Shown: piece after piece, positions 1-6,951 of the stretch
Layout of the letters: each line of letters starts with the position of its first letter
How positions within the stretch are numbered: position 1 is the first letter of the stretch
Source: Armatimonadota bacterium
GTDB taxonomy: Bacteria > Armatimonadota > Zipacnadia > Zipacnadales > UBA5352
NCBI GenBank assembly: GCA_034722055.1
Contig: JAYENL010000304.1
Span: 1-18,617, forward strand
Length of the DNA stretch: 18,617 bases
Direction of reading: 5' to 3'
Translations under genes and position numbers: made by a program
Notes under the pieces: model-generated
Told to the model about the DNA's origin: nothing
Databases searched by the model: none
Seen by the model: only the letters and a program-made list of their open reading frames with translations

Positions 1-62
1 GCTGGGGCGCCATCAGACCACTCATCGCCCATGTTTTTTCCGATGCTGAGCCAAAACCGCAT
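1..62 (-). CDS. possible 5' end of a gene running off the left edge (MRFWLSIGKNMGDEWSDGAP...), function unknown
   Basis: ATG at 62-60 on the minus strand, with an SD-like GAGGGAG (74-68) about 5 nt upstream. The frame is open to the window edge. Only 20 codons are visible. Confidence 0.25.
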   Translation of the reverse strand, partial: MRFWLSIGKNMGDEWSDGAP

Positions 63-149
63 ACAAACTCCCTCACACCAACAAGCGCATAATGTAGGTG
101 GAAGCCTGCCCCACGAGTCGGGGGTAGGAGGGGGGAAGATCGACGACAA

Positions 150-178
150 ACGGCGGTCGGGCTGGAAGCCCGACCTAC
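150..178 (-). repeat. REP-like hairpin (GTAG class)
   Basis: Perfect stem ggtcgggct(155-163)/agcccgacc(167-175) followed by tac. The minus strand reads GTAG-GTCGGGCTTCCAGCCCGACC. It is preceded by ACGGC, as are the other copies. Confidence 0.7.
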
Positions 179-208
179 GCGGAGGGTGACACGCGGCGGC
201 TGACACGA

Positions 209-286
209 ACGGCGCACTCACAGGAGTATGTGCTACGGAACGACACACGGCGGACGGACAGGAGTGTCCGTCCCACGGAACGGCAC
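209..286 (-). repeat. two tandem REP-like units (38 and 40 nt)
   Basis: acggc-gcactcaca-ggag-tatgtgc-tac-ggaacgacac (209-246, degenerate) and acggc-ggacggaca-ggag-tgtccgtcc-cac-ggaacggcac (247-286, perfect 9-bp stem). A near-identical unit occurs at 8184-8219. Confidence 0.8.
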
Positions 287-301
287 ACTGCCTCCAACCT
301 C

Positions 302-326
302 CGCCGAGGTCAGCCTCCGCGCCTAC
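302..326 (-). repeat. REP-like hairpin (GTAG class), divergent
   Basis: cgccgagg-tcag-cctccgcg-cctac: an 8-bp stem with one mismatch, ending in CTAC (GTAG on the minus strand). Confidence 0.45.
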
Positions 327-389
327 AGCGAAAGCCGCATCCGCCCCAGACAGCAGGAAGGTGAATCAGAAAAAAAGTCCTCTCAAGAA

Positions 390-415
390 AGGTGGAACGT
401 CCTGACCCGGCGAAT
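390..415 (+). promoter_or_regulatory. putative SigH-like promoter AGGT-N18-GAAT for the prepilin-like gene
   Basis: AGGT at 390-393, an 18-nt spacer, and GAAT at 412-415. The geometry matches the motifs at 5803-5828(-) and 5839-5864(+) and resembles the Bacillus SigH consensus AGGA-N17/18-GAAT. Confidence 0.45.
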
Positions 416-484
416 AAAGCGGTAGTAGGAACCGTCTGTATCACGAAAGGTGGTTGCGAACATATCCGACAGGAGGTGGCTGCA

Positions 485-1149
485 GTGCGACGCGGATTCA
501 CTCTCATCGAGCTGCTGGTCGTCATCGCGATAATCGCGATTCTGGCAGCGATCCTCTTCCCTGTTTTTGCGCGGGCCAGGGAGAAGGCTCGGCAGGCCAG
601 TTGCTCGAGCAACCTCAAGCAGATTGCCCTCGCAGCGCTGATGTACGCGCAGGACTACGACGAGAAAGTGGTGCGCAACGGAAACTGGGAAGGTCGGCCG
701 TACTGGCAGCTTACTATCTACCCGTACGTGAAGAACTGGCAGCTCTTCCAGTGCCCCACAGTGACGGCAGGGGCGACGTGGGCTCCGCACCCAACTACTA
801 CCATGGTCAGAAACTATGGTACGGATACGCCAACCTGACCCGCAAGGGGCAGATGCTGGCCGACATTCGCAGGCCGGCCGCCACCATCATGACCGGTGAC
901 GGCGTCCACCCTGCGGTGTCCTATCCCGCGGGCTGCACACCGGGGTGCTGTGGCGCCTGGCGCAGCATCTACCGGGGCGGCTGGTGCGAGAGAAGTGGCG
1001 CTCCTGAGCCGGACGACATGCCCCATAACCAGGGCGACAACTGCGCCTTCTGGGACGGGCACGTCAAGTGGCAGAGCTACAATACGCTCAAGGCCGCCAG
1101 CTACTACTATGACGGGCAGAGCGATCACGACCCCGGTATCACCTTCTGA
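485..1149 (+). pseudogene. DUF1559-family prepilin-type N-terminal cleavage/methylation protein with C-terminal H-X9-DG motif, frameshifted at ~758 (220 aa if repaired)
   Basis: SD AGGAGG (471-476) and GTG at 485. The N-terminus [21 protein letters not shown] and 'CSSNLKQ...MYAQDYDE' lie in one frame (stop at 838). HNQGDNCAFWDGHVKW (H-X9-DG, 1024-1059) lies in another frame ending at TGA 1149. Removing 2 nt at 758-759 joins the frames as LFQCPSD. This could be an assembly error rather than a true pseudogene. Confidence 0.85.
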
Positions 1150-1182
1150 GTCCCAGAGGAGTCCTCTGGACGCACCTGTTCA

Positions 1183-1215
1183 GGGCCGGCCTGCGTAGGC
1201 CGGCCCCTTTTTTTT
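1183..1215 (+). terminator. Rho-independent terminator
   Basis: Perfect 10-bp stem gggccggcct/aggccggccc with a gcgt loop, then c and T8 (1208-1215). It lies 33 nt after the stop at 1149, between convergent genes. Confidence 0.9.
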
Positions 1216-1223
1216 GCGCGACG

Positions 1224-4200
1224 TCACCGCAACTGAAGCTGTCCCCGAGTGCTTACTCCGGACGCGACATCATGCGCCTCCAACCGCCACGTTCCGCGGG
1301 CGTCATTGAGGGCGAACGGGAGCGTGGCGCTGCCGGCCCCGTCCTCGCACAGCACGTTCTGCGAGTACTGCCGGTGTGGCGTCTCGCTGCCCGGCGCGAA
1401 GAGGTCCACGCGCACGACATGGGCTGCAGGCTGGCCGTCGGAGACGCGGAGAGCCAGGGCAATCTCAGCGGTCTCGCCCCGTTCCACCTCGGCCGGCGCC
1501 TCCAGCGCCAGGGCCTCTACCTCGTAGGGCAGCAGCGAGTAGACCAGCGGCTCGCCGCGCGAGACGGTGGCGTCCCACTCGGTCACCGTGCCCTCCCCCA
1601 CGCGCTCGCCGGCTCGGAGGTCGTAGACGATGCTCGGCTCGGGCAGCTCGATGTGAAGCTGCTGCTCGCCAAGGCCCCGCGCCAGGATGTCCTGCGACAG
1701 TGCCAGGTAGCGGGCGCGTCCGTCGCCGAAGAGCACCTGCTGCACGCAGAGCGGGCGCGCCCCGTCCGCCAGCGTCACGCGGGCCGGCGCCTGCAGCCCG
1801 GCGGCCTCCAGCGTCGTCGCCAGGGCCTGATCGACCAGCCAGTGCCGATCCTCGACGCGGCTGCCGCTGTAGTCGCGCAGATCGGCGTTGAGCGTCACCG
1901 CCCGGCCCTGGCCCAGCTCATTGACCGCCAGCACGGGCACGTCGCCAGCGGCGGCAAGCACCATCGCCTCCGTCACCTGCAGGCCCGGCTCCAGCACGCG
2001 GACCTCCGCCTCGCCCGCCTCCACGCTGAGGCCGCCCGCGGCCCCGCCCTCGATTGCCAGTGGCGCCGACCCGGACTCTCGCACTATCGCCTCCAGGCCG
2101 GCCTCGCCGCGCACTCCCAGCACCTCGTCCAGCGGCCGACTCTGGCGGATGAGGCCCTCGCCGGTGAGCATCCCGGCGCGGCCATCCACCAGCAGCGTCC
2201 CGCCGGCCTCCACGAACTCCCGGATGACCTGCGCCTGGTCGTCGGAGATGCAGCTCGCCATCGGCAGCACCAGCACGCGGTAGTCGTCGAGCGAGATGCC
2301 CTCCGCGAGCTGCTCGAAGGTGATGTGTTGGTACTGGTATCCCAGGTCGCGGATGCCGCGCAGCAGCCCCTCGTGCTGATCCAGGAAGTGCCCGTCACCG
2401 GCCCAGGGCTGATCCTGGACCATCCTGCCGAGGATCGTAGCAGCGAAGAGGTCGCGGTGGGAGTAGAGCACCGCAATGGGCGAGTGCTGGCGCCCGGCGT
2501 GCAGCAGGAGCTTGCCCGGGCCTGAGGTGGTCTCGCGCACGGCCTCGAAGAACCACCGGCCGAACGTGCTCTGCGACAGATCCGGGTTGAAGGGGATGTA
2601 GTCACAGCCCCAGGAGGTCCACCACCACACCGAGTTGTCGCCGGCCAGCAGGCAGTCCCACGGGAAGGCGTGCCAGCCCTCCTCAGTGTCGGCGATAGCG
2701 TTGCCCCACTTGCCGGTCAGCGCGTCGTCGCGCTTGAAGGAGCGCACCAGCTCGCCCTCCAGCCACACCATCGTGTAGGTCTCGTTCAGCTCCAGGTTGC
2801 GGGTGAGCTTCTCGAAGTCGTAGCCCGCTCGCCAGTTGTAGCCCAGAAGGCCGTCCCAGCCGACTCTGGCGCCGGGGTCCTGGGCGCGCACGAAGCCGGC
2901 GGCGCGCTCGTGGGCGCCGGCGAAGGCGGTGTCCATGAAGAGCTTGTGGGCAATCCAGGGCGCGAAGCTCTCCGTCTGCTCCGCGGCCTCCGACAGGAGC
3001 ATGGGGCGCTGGATGTCCGCGAAGTCCCCGTAGTCGCTCGCCCAGGCCTCGTTCAGCGCCGCGATGGTGCCGTACTTGTCCTCCAGCCACTCTCGGAAGG
3101 CCGCCACCGACCACTGGGTGTGGCAGCACTCGTACTCCCCGCGGAAGAGGTAGTTCTCGTCGCCGAGGGTGTAGGCGGCGGGGGAGTAGGGCGCGGCCTG
3201 ACGGCAGGTGGTGGTCAGCTTCTCCCGCTCGGAGGCGATATACTCGGGGCTGTGCAGGCACGGCACGCGCTCGTAGTCCTCGTTCGCGCTGCCGGCGATG
3301 CGCGTTACGTAGGGGACGAGGCGCAGCCCGGAGCGCGCGCTCACCTCATACTCCCTCGCCGCGCCGGCGTCCGAGTAGCCGCCCATGTGGCACAGGTCGC
3401 ACATGTTCGCGCCCCACTCGTAGCACATGCGGTCGGTCTGTCGCAGCACCGGATCGCCGCCGGCGTAGGTCCACATCAGCGCGGTGAAGTCATCGTAGGG
3501 GTAGTCCATCGACATGGTGAAGCGCTGGCGAGCGTAGGACAGCTCCTCGTCCTCCCGCGTCAGGGCCACATCCAGCCTGTGGCAGACGGTGACCGGTGGG
3601 GGGAGGTCGAGGGACGCTGACGCGGCCTCCTCGCCCGCGCTCACGCGGGTCATCTCTCGTGCCAGGAGGCGGTCGAAGGCGTCGCGCACCTCCCAGCGCA
3701 GCCACCCGTCATCGCCGAGGTTCTGCAGCCGCGCGGTGCACTCGACCGTTCCGCCCTCGGGCATGTCCACCATGGGCACCGCGGGCTCGTGCGTTACGCT
3801 CGCGGGGGAGATGGACAGGGCGGTGATCCTCGCGCGCTCGGCCTGCAGCACCGCTGCCTCGACCCGCGACGTCATGCCGATGGTCTCGCCGGCTGCGTTC
3901 CGCACCAGGATGTCCGTGTAGTAGACGCGTCCGGTAGGCAGGGCGGGCAGATCGAGCATCCGCGTATCCGCCTGCTCGTCAAGATGCACCACACGGCCGA
4001 GGTCGTCCTGCACCCGGACCAAGAGGCTATCGCCATCCCCACGCGAGGCGGTCATCTCCCGCCCGGCTGCAGCCAGCGCGCAGCGGGCGGCGATGGCCAG
4101 GCAGTGATCGGTGGCCGCCGCAAGGCCCTCGGAGGCGTCGTTCCGCGGCACGAGCGAGGAGTACGTGTTCAGATTCACGTTCAGGTGCACCACGCGGCCG

Positions 4201-5741
4201 TCGCCGTAGCGGTAGACCCGGACCGGCGGCTCCCCCTCCACGCGCCCGCGATCCACATCGCGATAGCCCGGAATGAGCTCCCATGAGAAGCCGTCGAGTA
4301 CGCTCTCAGTCATCTCGACGTCGAGATCGGCGAACAGATCGTCCGGCCAGCCGCTGACGGCAGCGTGTCCGGAGATCAGCAGTCCGGCGCCGTTCGCGAC
4401 CTGCTCCATGATGGCCGTCCGCGCCACACCGGGGACACCGGTGCCGTGAATCCCGCCGCACAGGAACAGGTCCATGGTCTCATCGGAAGCGAGCTCTGCG
4501 GCGCGCCGCGCGGCCACGCCCTGGGGCAGGGCGCCGATGCCCGTGTGCGCGGCGTAGGGCCACGCGCGGGGGTTCACGAGCCGGTCGTTGCCGTCGAAGT
4601 AGAGGTGCTCGGCGTCCATCTCCAGCCGCCGGGCCAGCTCCATGGTCTCCCAGGCGGTCCAGCGGCGGGAGAAGATGCAGGTGCGGATGGGATCGCCGGG
4701 GATCTCCGCCGCCCACGGGAAGTCCAGCGGCTCGGGGTCGGGTCGCCACAGCTCGGCGGGGCGGTCCATCATGTCCGCACCCTCCTCCAGCAGGCGCGCC
4801 AGGCGCTGCTCGTCCATGGGCATGGGTGGAAGTGGCTGGTCCAGGTCCCCCGCGGCCATCTGCTCGATCTGCCGCGCCTCGGCGTCAGCCGAGCGCCCGA
4901 AATACTCCCGCGTCCGCTGGTAGTCCGGCAGCGTGGGGAAGTCATATAGCCCCAGCGCAAAGGACCGCGCCTGTGGGGCCATCTCCAGCGTGGTCACGAT
5001 GCCGTAGTCGGCCACCGGAATGCGCACGCTGCTGAAGGCCTGTGGCGTGCCGATCAGCAGACCACCCGAGCCCTGTGCCGACCGCCCCTCGGTCACGTCC
5101 TCGTACAGCACCCAGCGCTCCTGCTGCAGGTCGAGGTCGATGGTCTCGCCCGGCTCGCGCGTGCCCAGGGCGGTGGTCACGCGGCGGTTGCGGGGCTCCG
5201 CGAAGGTCGCCGGGTAGCAGGCGAGCTGCATCCGGTTCTGCTCGATCTCCGCCTTCGGCTCCCAGTCGGCGAACATCAGCAGCTTGTCTGAGCCCGTCGC
5301 GAGTGCGAAACGCAGGCGGGCACGCACTTCCGGCGTGTCCCAGACGTACTCGACCATCCCGTCCTGCCCTGACTGGCGCACGACTCGGAACTGGGCCGGC
5401 CGCACGTGCAGGCTCTCGTCGTCGAAGGTCCACCGGAAGAACCCCTGCCAGTACCAGTTCGGCCGCGAGGGCTCGGTCATCCCGATGGTCACGTAGCCCT
5501 GCGTCCACTGCCACCAGTTGGAGGTGACCTCATCGGGCGTCTCGGGGTCGCGAATCACGTCGTAGGTCAGCGTGTAGTGCGCGTTTTCATTGGCGAGAAC
5601 CACCGGCTGGATGACACGCTGGCCCGCCTCTGTCTCCTGCACCTGCGTGTCCAGGGTAGTGATGTGCACGGCGGCGCAAACCGGCGCTGCTGTGAGCAGT
5701 GCCAGGCTCACGGTGATCAGCGATACTCTCGTTGTCGTCAT
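1224..5741 (-). CDS. large secreted multidomain glycoside-hydrolase-like protein (GH42/beta-galactosidase-like TIM barrel, beta-galactosidase trimerisation-like domain and Ig-like C-terminus), 1505 aa
   Basis: SD GGGGAGG upstream of ATG 5741. Signal peptide MTTTRVSLITVSLALLTAAPVCA. GH42-type segment 'FREWLEDKYGTIAALNEAW' and trimerisation-like 'YRVLVLPMASCISDDQAQVIREFVEAGGTLLVDG'. Substrate unknown. Confidence 0.8.
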   Translation of the reverse strand: MTTTRVSLITVSLALLTAAPVCAAVHITTLDTQVQETEAGQRVIQPVVLANENAHYTLTYDVIRDPETPDEVTSNWWQWTQGYVTIGMTEPSRPNWYWQGFFRWTFDDESLHVRPAQFRVVRQSGQDGMVEYVWDTPEVRARLRFALATGSDKLLMFADWEPKAEIEQNRMQLACYPATFAEPRNRRVTTALGTREPGETIDLDLQQERWVLYEDVTEGRSAQGSGGLLIGTPQAFSSVRIPVADYGIVTTLEMAPQARSFALGLYDFPTLPDYQRTREYFGRSADAEARQIEQMAAGDLDQPLPPMPMDEQRLARLLEEGADMMDRPAELWRPDPEPLDFPWAAEIPGDPIRTCIFSRRWTAWETMELARRLEMDAEHLYFDGNDRLVNPRAWPYAAHTGIGALPQGVAARRAAELASDETMDLFLCGGIHGTGVPGVARTAIMEQVANGAGLLISGHAAVSGWPDDLFADLDVEMTESVLDGFSWELIPGYRDVDRGRVEGEPPVRVYRYGDGRVVHLNVNLNTYSSLVPRNDASEGLAAATDHCLAIAARCALAAAGREMTASRGDGDSLLVRVQDDLGRVVHLDEQADTRMLDLPALPTGRVYYTDILVRNAAGETIGMTSRVEAAVLQAERARITALSISPASVTHEPAVPMVDMPEGGTVECTARLQNLGDDGWLRWEVRDAFDRLLAREMTRVSAGEEAASASLDLPPPVTVCHRLDVALTREDEELSYARQRFTMSMDYPYDDFTALMWTYAGGDPVLRQTDRMCYEWGANMCDLCHMGGYSDAGAAREYEVSARSGLRLVPYVTRIAGSANEDYERVPCLHSPEYIASEREKLTTTCRQAAPYSPAAYTLGDENYLFRGEYECCHTQWSVAAFREWLEDKYGTIAALNEAWASDYGDFADIQRPMLLSEAAEQTESFAPWIAHKLFMDTAFAGAHERAAGFVRAQDPGARVGWDGLLGYNWRAGYDFEKLTRNLELNETYTMVWLEGELVRSFKRDDALTGKWGNAIADTEEGWHAFPWDCLLAGDNSVWWWTSWGCDYIPFNPDLSQSTFGRWFFEAVRETTSGPGKLLLHAGRQHSPIAVLYSHRDLFAATILGRMVQDQPWAGDGHFLDQHEGLLRGIRDLGYQYQHITFEQLAEGISLDDYRVLVLPMASCISDDQAQVIREFVEAGGTLLVDGRAGMLTGEGLIRQSRPLDEVLGVRGEAGLEAIVRESGSAPLAIEGGAAGGLSVEAGEAEVRVLEPGLQVTEAMVLAAAGDVPVLAVNELGQGRAVTLNADLRDYSGSRVEDRHWLVDQALATTLEAAGLQAPARVTLADGARPLCVQQVLFGDGRARYLALSQDILARGLGEQQLHIELPEPSIVYDLRAGERVGEGTVTEWDATVSRGEPLVYSLLPYEVEALALEAPAEVERGETAEIALALRVSDGQPAAHVVRVDLFAPGSETPHRQYSQNVLCEDGAGSATLPFALNDARGTWRLEAHDVASGVSTRGQLQLR

Positions 5742-5802
5742 GGTGGGCCTCCCCGTGTGATCCGACCTCGGCGTGACGGCTCGAGCACCAACACGCCTCC
5801 AT

Positions 5803-5828
5803 GTTCACGTCGCGACCCTCCGAGTCCT
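5803..5828 (-). promoter_or_regulatory. putative SigH-like promoter (GC)AGGA-N18-GAAC for the 1505-aa gene
   Basis: The minus strand reads GCAGGA-ctcggagggtcgcgacgt-GAACAT, about 60 nt upstream of ATG 5741. Confidence 0.5.
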
Positions 5829-5838
5829 GCATACCCGG

Positions 5839-5864
5839 AGGTCAGGTGTCGCCAGGCGACGAAG
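5839..5864 (+). promoter_or_regulatory. putative SigH-like promoter AGGT-N18-GAAG for the rightward operon
   Basis: AGGT at 5839-5842, an 18-nt spacer, and GAAG at 5861-5864. It is back-to-back with the leftward motif and 22 nt upstream of SD AAGGAG (5887-5892). Confidence 0.4.
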
Positions 5865-5901
5865 CCGGTGGGCAGCACAGTCAGCAAAGGAGTGCAGGGC
5901 T

Positions 5902-6951
5902 GTTAGCTCGCACAGCGACCTCCAGGCGGGTGCGCCGATCAGAGCGGGACTGATCGGATGCGGCGGCATCTCCGCCAACCACCTGGCGGGCTACCGGCTG
6001 GTGGCGGATGCGGAGCTGGTGGCCGCCTGCGACGTGGATGGACAGAGGCTGGCTGACTTCGCGGAGCGGGCCGGCATCAGCGCCACGCACGCCGACTACC
6101 GAGAGCTGATCGCGCGCGGGGACATCGACATGGTGGACATCTGCACCAACGATGAGAGCCATGCCGAGATCGCCATCGCCGCCGCGGAGGCCGGGAAACA
6201 TGTGCTGATCGAGAAGCCCTTTGCGACCACCGAGGCCGAGGGCGAGGCCGTGCTGGCGGCGGTGCGCTCCGCGGGCGTGAAGGCCATGTGCGCGCAGAGC
6301 CAGCGGTGGTCGCCGAAGATGCTCGAGGTCAAGCGCATCATCGACTCCGGGGAGATCGGCGAGCCGATCTTCGCGCGCCTCAGCCTGCCGTCATCGCCTT
6401 TCTGGCGCGAGGAGGAATCCCAGCGCTGGCAGGACCGGCCGCCGACGTGGCTGCTGGTGCACAACGGTATGCACTCCTTCGACCTCATGTCGTGGCTCTT
6501 CGACAGCCTGCCGCAGCGGGTGATGGCCCGCTCGCACCCCGGACAGGGATGGCTGCCGGTGCACGAGTACGTGACCTGCACCATCCGGTTCGACTCCGGG
6601 GCCATCGCGCAGACCGAGGAGAACCGCATCATGCAGCCGCCGGGCTACCCCTTCCACTGCGAGCTGTATATCGTGGGCACCAGGGGAACGCTGGACCTCA
6701 GCGACCGACTGACACACTCCGTGGATCTCTACAACGAGAGCGGCTTCAGCCTCCCCGGCGCGCACGTCACATGGCGGCCCACCGATCCCGACCAGCCCTT
6801 CGCGGGCGAGATCCGGGACTTCGTGCGGGCCGTCCGCGAGGACACGCAGCCGCCCATTCCCCTCGAGTTCTCGCTGACCATCCTGCGGGCGGTGCTGGCC
6901 GCCGCTCGGTCAATGACGACGGGCGAGGCAGTGGCGATGGGCCATGAGTGA
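5902..6951 (+). CDS. Gfo/Idh/MocA family NAD(P)-dependent oxidoreductase (start uncertain: ORF open from GTG 5773, but the SD points to GTT 5902)
   Basis: Rossmann motif 'GLIGCGGIS', 'HAEIAIAAAEAGKHVLIEKP', and catalytic-region 'HNGMHSFD'. Confidence 0.9.
   Translation, partial: VSSHSDLQAGAPIRAGLIGCGGISANHLAGYRLVADAELVAACDVDGQRLADFAERAGISATHADYRELIARGDIDMVDICTNDESHAEIAIAAAEAGKHVLIEKPFATTEAEGEAVLAAVRSAGVKAMCAQSQRWSPKMLEVKRIIDSGEIGEPIFARLSLPSSPFWREEESQRWQDRPPTWLLVHNGMHSFDLMSWLFDSLPQRVMARSHPGQGWLPVHEYVTCTIRFDSGAIAQTEENRIMQPPGYPFHCELYIVGTRGTLDLSDRLTHSVDLYNESGFSLPGAHVTWRPTDPDQPFAGEIRDFVRAVREDTQPPIPLEFSLTILRAVLAAARSMTTGEAVAMGHE

Noticed and set aside
209..286. Possible mini-CRISPR array
   Set aside because: Only two adjacent units with no unique spacers, no cas genes in the window, and a dispersed copy at 8184. 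This fits REPs better.
228..425. 65-aa ORF sharing the peptide RTGVSVPRN with the 8045 gene
   Set aside because: The similarity comes from translating the same REP. The apparent AGGAG SD is the REP loop and sits too close to the ATG.
387..455. Direct repeat GAAAGGTGG (387-395, 445-453) and a weak hairpin aaccgtct/aggtggtt as a riboswitch or operator
   Set aside because: No match by eye to a known riboswitch consensus. A two-copy 9-mer and a G-U-rich stem are insufficient evidence.
392..484. ORF-track starts at 392 and 454 for the pilin-like gene, and 10611 and 16176 for later genes
   Set aside because: Better starts with SD sequences and family-typical N-termini exist at 485, 10818 and 16212.
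485..1149. Pilin-like gene as a diversity-generating retroelement target
   Set aside because: No reverse transcriptase and no template/variable repeat pair differing at adenines is visible in the window.
1153..1169. Small hairpin ccagagg-agt-cctctgg just after the pilin stop
   Set aside because: It has no U-tract and the adjacent 1183-1215 structure explains termination. It may stabilise mRNA, but that is unsupported.
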